Shown in pieces: positions 1 to 13,094 of a stretch of 60,000 nucleotides of DNA (position 1 is the stretch's first letter; each line of letters begins with the position of its first letter). The notes beneath the pieces are model-generated. The model was given only the letters and a program-made list of their open reading frames with translations. It ran no database searches and had not been told where the DNA came from. The stretch comes from Camelus dromedarius (lineage: Eukaryota). A program made the position numbers and the translations under genes. The stretch lies in assembly GCF_036321535.1 (NCBI RefSeq), contig NC_087436.1, forward strand, positions 72,852,001 through 72,912,000. Reading direction: 5' to 3'.

Positions 1-1579
1 AGAAGAGAAACAGTCAAACCAAGTGAGAAAAAAAAAAAGGAAAAAAAAGACAGATTAAGCATTTTTCTTGGGATCAGAGAAATCTCAATCATGTAACAAT
101 TTTTTTTTTTAACCCTGCTTGGCGAAAAACCAATTTCACTGACTTAAGAGAGATGCTTAAGAAGAGAACTGGGTGTCTCAGGAAATCACGATTGCCCCTG
201 GTACCCAGGTCCCACAGCTGTAAACGAGGCCTTGGAGCAGCTCGGTGGTTTCTACGTTGCACTTGGAGGAATCTGGAGGGTTCCAAGCATAGGACTTAGG
301 GGCAGTCTGGACCTTCCCTCCTCTAGCTTTTATGTGTTTTATGTGTTATATATGTTAACTCACATGAGATTTTGCTGGAAAGAAGTAGAGTCTGGGGCAT
401 AAGTGGGATTTTGTTTAAGAAGAGTTGAAAATGGGACTGTTAATGGTGGCTGTAATAATAAGGGGTACTGTATGGATGTATTGCCCCATGTTTTCTATCA
501 GTATCCACCACTTCTAGTCCTCACAACAGCTCTGCAAGAGAAGAAATATTATTTCTGTTTTACAGACAAGATTAATGACCACACACAGTCCCTTCCTCCT
601 CTCGTATTTTATTCAGAATGTCACAAGCTGTAAATGAGTGAATTACAGGGAAACCACTTCCATGGCCAGCACCTCTATTTCCCCACAGTTTCAGTATTTT
701 TCCCAATTTGGAACTCCTTACATGCTTACTGCTTCTCTCTCTCAAGAAACAGGATACAGAGCATCAGTCCCTAGATTAACTCCCCTCACTAAGGGTGAAT
801 CAGTGACCTAAGACAGACCCTGCATTCACAGACTCTTCTACTTACTCCTCATTCATTCACTCCAAAAAGCCCTCTCTAGAGCAGGCGCTGGATATGCAGC
901 AGCAGTCAAAATAGAGGCATGCCCTGTTCTCGTGGGGTTTCTGACCTGTGCCCCTGGAGTACCACCCCCAGTCTTTTCAACAGCATATCAGACCCTTAAA
1001 GCTGACTTCCGAGAGCAAAACGGGCACTTCCAAAGGTTTCCTCAGTGCTTTTCCCAGCAGGCCCTTTGGTTCTCCTTGCAAAGATTTGCAACTATTGCAA
1101 CATTTACTGAGCCATGGATTGTGTGGTTCAGTCACCAAGCAGCGTTGCCCTCCAAAGCAGAGTTCAGAAGCAACACAGAGTTTTGAAGACTGATTTCTCA
1201 AATCATGGGAAGGGGGTACTGTTTCTTTGCACAACCCCTCTTCTCCCAGCAGCTTCTCTGACTTTTCTGCTCTGCTTCTCCTACCCACCCTCCCTGGAAA
1301 ACTCCTTCCTCAGCTCAGTCCCATCTCATCCCCCTTCTCCTGTCCTATGTCTTCTGGATTCTTTATGGCAAAGGCCAAAACAACCAGCTTAGCAAGGCAA
1401 GAACCTCCCCGGAGAGCAGGATAGGCAGGCAAGAGGGAGGGAAAGGCCAGGCACATCTGTGAGTTAATCATGTCACCACAACATGAAGGGACAGAAGGTT
1501 TCTGCCCACCTGCCCTAGTGGGATACATCCTGGGGAGAAGCATTCCCATCAGTCTCATCTACATTTTTTTCCTCCTGGG

Positions 1580-2256
1580 ATATAGACAGACAGATAGATA
1601 TGTAGATAGGTATTCATACATATGATATATATGGATGTAATAATATCCATCTATATCTATGTGATATATGGATATAATTGTATTATATTATTTTAATATT
1701 ATATTATATAGAATTAGTGTCACCTTTAGTTCCACGAAACATTCAACCAAGGTGGTCTTTCTTCTGCTAGTTGGTTGCATTTTATGAAGCATAGATCTAT
1801 ATATATAGAGAGAAAGAGAGAGAGAGAGAGGGAAAGAGAGAGGGAGAGAGGGAAAAAGAGAGAGGGAGAGAGAGAGATGTTTACCTATTCATTTATATAT
1901 CCCAGGAGGAGAAATATATGTTTATATTCAATATATTTTATCAAATATGTTAATAATGCTATAATTATCTATAGCCATATTTAAACACCTAAAATATATT
2001 TCCATATATCTGTATCTATGTCCATATGACTTTATGTCTTTATATCTAGAGCTCCCTATATGGGTATAAATATAGATATATAGAAATTTATAAAATATAT
2101 AGAAATGTATAGAGAGAAAGAGAGAAGGAAAGATAGATACAGGTGTAGATCTATAAAAATAAATATATAAAGAATCAACTTCCAAACACTAGTCAGAGAT
2201 CCCTCTTTACACACACATGTGTGCACACACACACGTGCACGCACACACACACACAC
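1580..2256. repeat. Low-complexity and microsatellite cluster (TA-rich, (GA)n, (CA)n/RY tract)
   Basis: Directly visible: (GA)n at ~1808-1878, TA-rich runs, and an alternating RY tract at 2208-2256. Confidence 0.9.
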
Positions 2257-3526
2257 CAGCTCTGGTACATGGCCGTGACATGAGGTTCCATCTGTTGAGA
2301 TGCTGTCTCTTTTCCAGCTTAAAGACACCAGCCAGCCCTGCAGTGCTGAGCACTTCATTTGTGACATGGTCTCCAGTAGATCATAAAATAACAGAAATGG
2401 GAATGGCCTGAAACTCCTTATTAGTTCTAACAACTAAGAATTCCAAAAGCCAAGTCAAAGTTCCAGAATGGAAATAAAATTTGTAAAGGATAAATTAATT
2501 CACTCTTGGCACTATTTGTTAGAGATGGTCCAGATATGACAAATCCATATTTGTGGTATCTTTAAACTGGAAGGGTTATTAATGATGTTAAAACCAACCC
2601 CCTCAATTTACAGATGAGAAAACTGAAGACAAGAGAAGTTAAGTGTCTTCCTCAAGATCACAAAACTAGTGTAGGGAAAGCTAAGACTCAAAACTAGTTC
2701 AGAGATCTTTAAACAACCAGAAAATGCACCTCACAGCTCCAGGCTCATCTGGAATCAGTGTCGCCTTGAGTTCTGTGTAATGTTGAACCAAGGTGGTGTT
2801 TCTTCTTCCAGTTGGTTGCATTTTATGAAGCATCCCCAAATAGGATATGAATTGTGTCTCACAATGTATCATCGTTAATATTGACCAATTTTAAATAAAC
2901 CAGGGCTTCCCCCAGGAGCATGCCTATCTCGAGATTTCTGCGCACCCCCCTTCACTTTCCAAGTCTGGATCCTTCTACATTTATTTGCCTGTATCAAACT
3001 AGAAGCCACCTTTGCTGACTGTACTCAGATTAAGCTTGTCTAAGCCAAAAGCTGTGTCAATTTTAATATTTTTAATAGTTAATTTAAATGTAACTTACAC
3101 AACAGAACTTCAAGTGGGAAACATGATATTTTATAGCATCTATTTTTATAACAAACAAAAGCTATAATCCTGAAACCCAAGTGCAATTAATTATACCTTG
3201 ATATAAAAATATGAAAACAGAAAGAGTAATCCAAAATCATCTATTTCACTATAATCTACTTAAACCAATTGTATTAAATTGTGACTGTCTTAATGGAACA
3301 ATCTCCCACTGGGAAAACAAGCTTTAGACCTAACTCCTCCAACAATAATCATGTGAACTTGGACAATCCAATTCTCTACAACTCCTAGGTTGTTTTTTTT
3401 TTTTTTTTTCTGTACATGAAGGGAAAAAAGGACTGGAACTAACAATTTCTCAGCCCCTTTTTAGCCCTAAAATGCTATGGCTTTTGGTCTTCAACACTCC
3501 ATACTCTCCAGGAAAAAAACAGAATT

Positions 3527-4163
3527 TGTAACAGAGCAGGACCCTATGGGGTCTTCCCAGAACAGACTTCCCCACTCATGTCCTCTGCTTGCTTCTTGTC
3601 TGTAGAAAAACTTTAGCTTTCTAGGCCTTCCCTGAGTTCCAAAGGGTAAATTTAATCAGAGAAATGAGAAACTGTGGAAAGAAAGGAAAATAGCCAAACA
3701 AGACAAAATAATAATAGTTTAGCCATTAAACAAAGTCAAGGACTTTTAGTTCCTGCTCAAGGGCTGTAGATAATATTCTGAGCCATATCTTTTGAGCTGT
3801 TTTGCACATACTGAAACCCCAACCAGGTGGAAGAATTTAACTGTATGCTGCCCACACTCAGGTAGACCCCAAACCGGCTGGAACCAGAAGGTTGATGATG
3901 CTGACTCCCAATTACCTCACCTCAAACCAATCAGAAGAATGCCTACGGGCTGGTCACGCCCCCCACAACCCTCCTCCCTCACCTCGTCTTTAAAAATCTT
4001 TCCCCAAAAGCCTTCAGGGAGTTTGGACCTTCAAAGCACTGGCGACCTGGACTCCTTGCTTGGTGCCTAGAATAAGTGCTGCGCTTTCCTCCATCACAGC
4101 CTGATGTCAGTAGATTGGCTTTGCTGCATGTGGGCAAGCAGATCCAAGTTTGGTTCAGTAACA
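3527..4163 (+). mobile_element. Solo LTR, ERV1-like
   Basis: Starts TGTAAC and ends GTAACA, with 4-bp flanks aatt/actt. Internal CCAAT (aaccaatcag), TATA-like ctttaaaaa and AATAAG poly(A)-like signal in LTR order. Confidence 0.85.
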
Positions 4164-4561
4164 ACTTCATATATATTCAATATAAAAATGTTAAATCTAA
4201 CTCTGAGCAGAAATCTGGAATACATTAGTGTTTGTCCTATGATAAAGTAGATTTTGTGTTGTAAATTCCTGAAATCTACACCCCTTTTATGACAAACAGT
4301 AGGTAAGTTATATTGTGTTTGATTACTATAAGCCACCAGAAAAGAAAAAGAAAACGTGGGTATCAGAACAGCTACCTGCCCTCAGGAAAGAGTGTAACAA
4401 ATGCCCTTCCTCCACTGTTAGAGACACTGTTTTTCAAGGCAAAGCCTTAAAGAAACTCTGTCAGCATCTCCTGAGGTGCTTGTTAATGTGCAGAGTCCTT
4501 ATGTGCCCCTTCCATCGCCTAAAAAATCAAAATGTTGGCTGTAGTGGGGGGAGGGAGAGGA

Positions 4562-4979
4562 TGCGTTAGCTCAGACTCCCATAATAAAATACCGTATACC
4601 AGGTGGCTTTAAAAACAGAAATCTATTTTCTCATAGTGCTGGAAGCTGAGAAGTCCAGGATCAAAGTGCTGGCCAGTTTGATTTCTGGTGAGAGCTCTCT
4701 TCCCCACTTGCAGATGGCTGCCTACTCACTGTGTCCTCACACGGCCTTTCCTGAGGCATCTGTGGAGAGAGAGAGAGAGAAAGAGAGAGAGAGAAAGAGA
4801 GAGATCTCCCTCTCTTCCTTTTCTTATAAAATTACCAGTCCTATCAGATTAGGAACTCACCCTTTTGACTGCATTTACCCTTAATTACCTCCTAAAAGCT
4901 TTATTTCCGAATACAGTCACAGTAGGAGTGAAGACTTCAACATATGAATTTGTGGAGGACATAATTGCAGTTCACAGCA
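4562..4979 (-). mobile_element. MaLR LTR (MLT1A-C-like) inserted into a MER5-like MITE
   Basis: Typical MLT1 motifs (gctggaagctgagaagtccaggatcaa; ttcaacatatgaattt). 5-bp TSD gagga/gaggt. MER5-like halves on both sides. Confidence 0.85.
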
Positions 4980-5294
4980 GAGGTAGAGTCTGCAATTTTA
5001 ACAAACTCTCCAGATTTTTCTTTTGCAGAATAGTATCTGGGAAGCACCGGCTAAGCTTCAAGGAGAATTAACTTAGCTTCAACAGCAAAATTTGAGATCA
5101 CATACCCCTTCTTACTTTCACATCATAACGAATAAAAGGAACAGAAAGAAAAAGAGAAGAGAGAGAGAAAGAAAGAGAAGCAGAGACATGACAGAAACAG
5201 AAACAGGAATAGAAAAAGAACGTGCCAAGTTAAAATGAGATTTATAGAGAGCTTGTTTCTCTGAAACTTTGAACAAGCAGAAGACCCCACGATG

Positions 5295-6185
5295 ATGCTG
5301 ATATGTCAAAGGGACATAGGTGTCAAATGAAAGAGCTCCCCTGGACAAAGCTAGAACAATTTAAGCAACACAACAAATGAGCAGTAATGATGAATTATAA
5401 CCCAAAGTATAAAATAAATATCCATGAATCCATCCTAATATTAATTAATTAATAGGGGGAGAATAGACAAATATCCTATGTAGAAGAATTTCAAATAATT
5501 TATGTAGATTCTCCACCCTCAGGCTAGTGGAGCGTAACTTCTCACTTTCATATGTGGGATACACATAATGGCTTCTTTCCAAAGGATACATTATGGAAAA
5601 GCTGCAAAGAGGACTAACTTGACCAGGAAGAAACCTGGCAAACACCACCTCAGCCAGCTGACCAAGGTCAACATCAACAGTGATAAATCATGCTGATAGT
5701 GTGTACTATTGATATAGTGTGATGCAAATGGTTCTTTACCTCTGCATTTTTCCTTTGACAATGCATGATCGCAGTCTAATCATGAGAAAAACATCAGACA
5801 TATCCCACCTGAGGGACATTCTACAAAATACGTTACTCCTCGAAACTTCTCAGGTCATCAAAAGCAAGGAAAGGCTGAGAAACAGCCACAACCAAGAGAA
5901 GCCTAAGGAAACTCGATGACAAAATATAATACGGCATTCTGGATGGGAACTTAGAACAAACAAACAAACAAAAAAACAGTAAGCAAAAGCTAAGTAAATC
6001 TAAATCAAAAATGGATTTTAGTTTATAGTAATATACTAACATTGCTTCATTAATAATAACATTGTACGATACTAACGTAAGATGTTAATAATAGGAGAAG
6101 TTGAGTGTGGGGTATAAGAGAATTCCCTATCATCTTCACAATTTCTCTGTAAATCTTTATTTTGTTCTAAAAAAGTTTACTTTTA
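5295..6185 (+). mobile_element. Old L1 (L1MC/L1MD-type) 3' UTR fragment
   Basis: Motifs such as gaaacctggcaaacaccacctcagcca, gagggacattctacaaaata and gatgttaataatagg recalled from L1MC/MD 3' ends. Confidence 0.75.
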
Positions 6186-7124
6186 AAAGTGATTTAAATG
6201 AATCAGACTCTAAATGTCAAGAAACTTTAAGAATAATTTAATTTATTAATTTTTACCTAATTCTTAAAAAACTTTCAATAGGAATAAAGAAAGAGTTCTA
6301 TATCTGAAGGGAAAATAAAAAAGCTTGTGAACAACTGTAATGCCTCCTCAACCTCAAAAGCAGGAAAAAATAATAAATTGCAAAAATTCGATAAAAGTAT
6401 TTCCTTTATAGAAGGCACAATATTGCAAGTGCATTTAAAAGTAGCAGGGCATAACATTTATTTCCTTGACATCAGTCTTCCAAAGAGTTCAGTGTCTGAG
6501 TGTCAATTAAAAAAAGGATTCATGTGAAATTTTTATTAAACCAAATTTACTGTGAAGTTACTGCCCAGATAATACTTTATTTTGATCTTATTGAATTCTT
6601 TCCTGACTATTGAGCCCTTTATTAGAGCTTTCAAATATACCAAATACCTTAGAATGCAAATTTTTAAACTGCAATTACAATACCCTAATGAATTACATAT
6701 TGTTTTCCTTTACCCAGATATGTCACATGGTAGACATCTAGTAAAATACTGAATGAATGAATGCAATTGCCTCTGATTCTTCATTCAGAGCTCTAAGTTT
6801 GTCTCCTGACTATCCCAACGGTGTAATCATCAGTTGGTTCAGTATCTTAGCTTTCTTCTAAATGCATCATCTCACAGCATAATCCTCACTGGAAGGCCTG
6901 ATTATTGCAGCTAGAGATCTTTGTTCATTCTGGATTTGTATAGTTATTTGTGTGTGTGTGTGCATTAGTTAAATCCAGAGAATGGAGAGAAAAGCTGCTA
7001 TAGCACGTGGATTTCCCTGCATTGTCTTAAGAACAACTACTCACTTAATACTATGTTATTAAAGATAGAAATGGAACTCCCTCCTCTCTACCTGTTGCCT
7101 AGCTGTGCAAATCCAAACAACATC

Positions 7125-8070
7125 ACTGAGCATTTGCTGTGTAGCAAACCACCTCAAAACTTAATGGTTCAAAACAACAACCATCTCATTTATATCACGA
7201 TTCTCTGGACTATCAGAGCTGGATGAGGACTTTCTTAACATCAAACTTCAACCTTCAGGAATGCAGGCTTTTTCACATGGAGGATTCCCAGAACAAAAAG
7301 GAGCAAACCCCAATGCACAAGAACTTTTCAAGCCTCCGCCTCTATTATGTTTTCTAGTGCCCCATTGGCCAAACAAGTCCCATTGGTAAGTCCATATTAG
7401 AGAGTGGAGAATAGATTCCACCTCTTGACAGAAGGAACTGCTAAATATTGTGGCTATTTTGTCTCACCTACCACAGTCCATTCCCAGTGCAAAATACACT
7501 GGCCTCCCTATGGCTATTCCCAAAGTCTGATCCAAGAGGGTGTCAGTCTCAAGGTCTAATACCTTGCAATTTGCATCCTGTTTAAATGTGGATGGAATCC
7601 TGGAGTGTGGCATCTTGGGTGCACACCTTCTTTGTTCAGAGACCTGCAAACTTATGAGAAGATAACTGCTCTTGACGCACTTAATGTGCAATGAAAAAAC
7701 AGGGACAAAAGAACGATAACAGAGACTCTTATTCAAAAATGGAGGAATCAGGACAATACAGCAGTCACTTTTTCATAGCAATTCTGAAGTCCAGCTGAGT
7801 ATACGTTGTCAGATACCCCACTAAGAGGAAAAGGAATGATCCTTGGTAAGAATGAAACTCTGCTCCCAGGAAGTGGTTACCTTGTCCATTGTTATGTCTT
7901 TTGGTTCCACTCCTGAAGCTCGCCTCCACCATCTGAGATGTCCATCATTGTCCGTATGAAATTGCACATTTGCAACTAAGTAGCTTTCTCAGTCTGCTTT
8001 CTCCCTACTTATAAAAATTGGGGGATCCAAAAATTTTTTGGGCTATCTCTGTCCATTTTAGTCCAAATTT
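7125..8070 (-). mobile_element. Old MLT1 (H-K-like) LTR plus adjacent MaLR internal sequence
   Basis: ttgctgtgtagcaaaccacctcaaaacttaatgg start and ccattggccaaacaagtc motif, followed by MLT-int-like sequence. Confidence 0.6.
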
Positions 8071-8404
8071 GCCTAGTGTGGGGTTTCAGCAAGACTTCTG
8101 AAAGAAACAATGTTTAAATTGAGACTTGAAGAATGAAGAGAATTTTACCAGGCAAAGGAGAGGGTGACCAGTAAAAGAAAATACCATAAGCAAAAGAAAT
8201 ATTTTCTGCCTCTGAACTGTAGGACTGCAGGCAAGTTCCTTGAGCTCAGATTCTGAACCTGTTTCCTTCTCTGCACCTAGGTAATAGTACCTATATTATA
8301 GAGTTAGTATAGGTAAAGGAACAAAGAGGAACAAATCAGAGTTTGTCTAGTGCTTAATACCATATCTAGGATATTAGTAAGTACTTAATAAATATTCTCT
8401 AGCG

Positions 8405-8625
8405 ATGATAACAGTCTGGAGCCAGACTTCCTGCATTAGATCCTGGATTTGCCACTTAATTAGTTGTGTGATCCTGGGCAAGGCGTTCACCTCGGGTCCT
8501 TCAGTCTCCTCTGCAGGGAGACACCAAGTACCAGTGCACAGGGCTGTGGGGAGGATTCCATGAGTTCCTATGCGAAGTATGAGAACACTTCTTGACACAT
8601 ACTATATGCTATATGAATGTTAGCT
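8405..8625 (+). mobile_element. MIR SINE
   Basis: tctggagccagact...gccacttaattagttgtgtgatcctgggcaag core. Confidence 0.8.
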
Positions 8626-10179
8626 TGTAGTAGGAAGAAAGAAACCCCGCAAGAGTCCAACTGAGACGTTCTACGGCTTAGTAAAGAAATCGAGATGCAC
8701 AAAGTGTAACTACCTGCCCAAGTTCACCCAGCTAACAAGCTCCGTGGTCTGAACTCAGACAGTTTCTTATCCGAGCCTCACCCCCTGATGCTTCCCTACG
8801 TTCCAGTAAAAACCGCCTCCTTGAAACTTCAAGAAACAATATTTGGCTAATTGATATAATAATATTACCATTGATAATAATGTTCCTTGGTCCTTGCAGT
8901 GAAGATGAATTTCCTGAGAAGTATCTGAGATATGGAGAAATAGGTGGGAATTCTTGTCACTCTGAATTTCTTAGGTCAGAATATTTTAACTATAGCACTA
9001 AGCAAATGATGCTTTTTAACAGGAAATCTGTCTCAGATTGGAATATGAGCAATAAGATGTGTAGGGGAAAATGCACAGGTCCTTGAAGTGCTCTTCTTCT
9101 TTTCAAAACAAAATGAGAGCATTTCAACTGACAGAATAAATTGTCAAGATACACTTAAGTAGCGTCTCCAATGTCAAAATGCTGATGGGAAAATATCACC
9201 AAAAAGCTGAAATGCACACCCAGGTCTGTCTGACTTTAAATCCCTTGTCCTGTCTACCACATCACTTCCACCAGCACATGCTGCCACCAGAGGTCATTTG
9301 CAATTGCTTTTTCATAAGCTCCTGAAAAAGGGGAAAAAGAAGTAGAGGAAAGATTGGTAAAAAAGTACTAACCTGCACAGAAACTAAGGGTTAGGGGTGT
9401 CGTTAGGAGTCACCTGGTATATCTCTGAAAGGGAACTGGGGTTCACATCTTCAAAGACAAAAGAATTTTTTTTTTTAGGAAAATGTCACTGAGGCCAAAC
9501 AACTCCTTAATATTCAGCCTTCTCTCTCTATTCTCTCTTGGTTTGGTTTCCATGGCAACCTACACTTGTTGGGCAATTCTGTGTGTATTTGCTAAAGGCA
9601 GGTGATTGCTTTTGCTCAGCCGAGAAGGGGGGAAAGCAGTCTGGAGAGAGGTCATTTAGAAGAAGGAATATTATTTTATTTTGTGGGAACTCTAAGGCTG
9701 AAACCTTTAAAAATAACTGAGTTGGTTTCTTAAACTTTGAGGTAGGCATTATCAGAAAGATGAATTCAATTAAAACTAATTATAAGAACAGGAGGAGGAG
9801 GAAGAGGGAGAGAAGATGAGAAGAAGGGCAGGAAGGAAGGAGGAAGGGAATAAACACAGATGTGGTGTGTGGATTTTCTCTGAGGACCCTACTAAAGTCT
9901 AGCCATTTCCACTGCTTGCCTTCAGACTCCTAGGACGTCTTGCTATACCCACTCCTTTCTCCACCTCTCTTATCCTTCTGCACTCTGACTTCTACTCCTG
10001 TCACTGCAGTGAAGCAGAAGCGAGAGGCTGGCAGAATTGCAGGGAAGCCATGTGCCAAAACCACCACCACCACCTGGACGTCAGTCTCACAGATTTAGAA
10101 ATGCTACCATCCCCCCGTCACATGACTCCATCTCTCTGCTTCTCTGCCTGAAGGCTTTCTCCAGCATCACATATCTCTA

Positions 10180-10497
10180 CATGTGATCAGGACAACCCCA
10201 AAATACAAGGTGTTTAACCCTCAGCTGATGAGGGACAGATGTCTGTGGACAAAAATGCCATCTTGACACAAGCCTTGGTGGGACGCTTCTGAGGGGTATT
10301 CCACACGGTTCCTCAGTGGACCCAAGAGGAATTAAGCTCATTGGTTGTCTACAGCAGTAATTCTCTCACTAACATGCTCTTCTGGAGCTTCTCTGCCTCA
10401 TTTTCCCAATTCCTCACTGGTATATCCTAGAACTTGTTCCCAAATAAATAGTTACTTCCCAAGTGCTCATCTCAAAGTCTGCTTTTAGGTGAAGACA
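10180..10497 (+). mobile_element. ERVL LTR16-like fragment
   Basis: 3' end cccaaataaa...tctcaaagtctgctttt...aagaca typical of LTR16. Confidence 0.65.
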
Positions 10498-13094
10498 ATA
10501 ATTTTTTGGCATTAATGTCTCTGGGAAATAATAATAATTAAAATGATCAATTATTAAACAATGATCATTGAAATTATTATGGGAAATAATAATAATTAGT
10601 TGAATAATTCAATTCAACTAATAATAAATATAAGAGGGTAATAATTAAAGCAAAAGGAAGTTGATATTTTTGTCATTGCTCCAATGCCTCATTCTGAGTT
10701 CCATCAGGGAAACAGAACTCCCCTGGGTTTCCATCTGGAAGGGTTTTTCTGCAGGAAATTAGACACCCAGACAACCCCTGGAAGAGTTAGGGAGTCAAAG
10801 GCCAGGAAAGCTATAGCTCAAGGCACGTGATTCTCAGGAAAGCATGTGGAAAGCACTGCACACCATATGTCTGTCATCTGTCAATTAGAACTGCTGCTGG
10901 AGAGAAAGAGCTTCTCTTTCCTCCCATCTTCCGAATTTGATGTGGAGCCATAAGAAGAAAAGGATTCCGGAAAACCGGGCTCCAGTTCTCTGCCCTGCAC
11001 TGCAGAGCGGAACAGAGGAAAGGAAAAGGTAATTCTAAGATGATGGAGCACACACAGGGAGAATGCCCCGGGGGAGGCCAGACGCTGCCCTCGGACAAGG
11101 CTGGATCAACATTGACACGTTCTTACTCCCCGAAGTCTTCTGTTCTAGACTCCCTGAGGGCTGCCATGTGTATTATTCAACATAGTATGATTATGAAGAG
11201 AAGCTCCATTTCAACCAGTTAAATCAGACAACAAGCCTGTCTGAAACGTATATACCCAGTGACCCTGACTGACCAGAGGTCCCTTCTTAGGCTTCTCAGC
11301 CAAGCATTTACAAAACACCTCAGTGCATCCAAATCTCAAATCATCCTCACCATTCTGTCCCACCATCACCCACCATCACCGTTAACCCTGCTTCTCCTGC
11401 CAGGTCTCTATTTGAGTTAAACCAGTGTAACAAGTGTATATTGTGCATATGCTTTGTCATCTACAAAGAGCTGACTCTTGGGAGCTTTACTCCAAGAGGT
11501 CCTGTCTGCAAAAGGGTGGAAAACTTCCCATATTTTCTAGAGAACAGATAGAAACCTCTGACTTTTTCTTAGTTTCGTCCTAGTAGCACAAGCCACCACA
11601 GGTCACTGTCCCCAACTCGTTCCCTTCCTCTGTTCATTTGGTTTTCCTCACAATGCACTTGCTTTGTTCTCGTCCCATCCCTGGTCTTTCCTTCTGCTCC
11701 ATGGCTGGGCCCTCTTTCTTCTCCAGTGGTTGCTCCCTTCAAGGCTTTACCCAAACTTTTCCACCTTTATCTCTATAGAGGTTCTTAACACTTGAGGGCA
11801 GGAGAGATCACTCTGAGGGTCTGATTAACTAAAGACCTTCAACCTAGGAAAATGACATAAGCATATATTGGTGGGGGGAGTATTAATTTTAAATTTCACT
11901 TTTCTCCTTTTGCTTCACGAGTGCACAACCCTGCCCCTGTCTTCTCTGTCTTGATAGTCAGCTACCCCCATCCAGAAAGCTTCATTTCCCTGTAGGCATC
12001 AGTTTCTTTGTAGCTGAGTTGAGAGCTAGTCGCCCTGTCATGTGGCCTGTTGCAGCAGAGTGAGATAACACTGTGGAGGCTGTGAGGGACCACTGGGTCA
12101 GAGGCCAGGTCAGGGAGGAGGGGATAGAAGACAATAAGATATGAGAAGTCACGTCAGCAAGAAAGGATAGTTGCTGCTCCCTGAGATCATGCCTGGGCCA
12201 TCAGATAGGATGGTGAGGTCACCTGCCTCGGAATTCAGCATCCAAAGCCAGCCGAACACATTGCAGTCAGGCCAGGGGACATGCCCCCTGACAGCAGTGG
12301 ATACGTGCCAGAACAGTCCAAGGACCCACATGAGGTAGGTCCCTTTTCCTCATCCCCTGCATACCACCTTCATGAGAGAAGCAGGAGGAGACGGCCACTC
12401 ACTGAAAGCCTCAACTTCTTATTCCAAGGGATTCAGAAAGTTTCTGGAAGGTGCTTTTTACATTACACAGTTGGGCTAAGTTTAACCCAGACTGAATGTT
12501 TCATTAGCTGGCTTTCCCACTTACTAGCATGTGAGCATTCAAGGGAGAAAAATTAATCAGTAATGGACTGAATTAATTTATTAGATTTTTTTCCTGCACA
12601 ATCAATTTGGAGTGAGAGTTACATTTTTTTTATTGTAACACACACAAATTTTCATCTCTTTTCAAGGATTTCATAGCACCTTTGATGGCTAAGTGTGCTG
12701 TCTATATTTGTAGTGAAATGCCATTCACTTGTGGAGGCTCCACCTATTTGCAAAATCTTTATTTTCAACCCTTGTATGTGCTTTAGATATTGTGACCACT
12801 AGCAAGACATCTTAATTTAGATGTTCTATAGACAACCCGAAACCCAATGAATGTACAGTAGAACCTACCTTCTCTCCCTAAAGTCAGCTCCCCCCTCACC
12901 TCTTTCTTGCTGTCATGATGTCAAATCCGGCAATTTTTTTCTTTTGAAGCGGATCTAAGCTTTACCCCTTATCGCTCCATTTCCACTTTCACCGCATTAC
13001 TGCACATCAAGATGCTGTAGATCCTCCCAGCTCCTCATGACCCGAGCACCTGGGCACTTTAGTTCGTCTTTAGTACTCTTGGATGATTCTTCTT

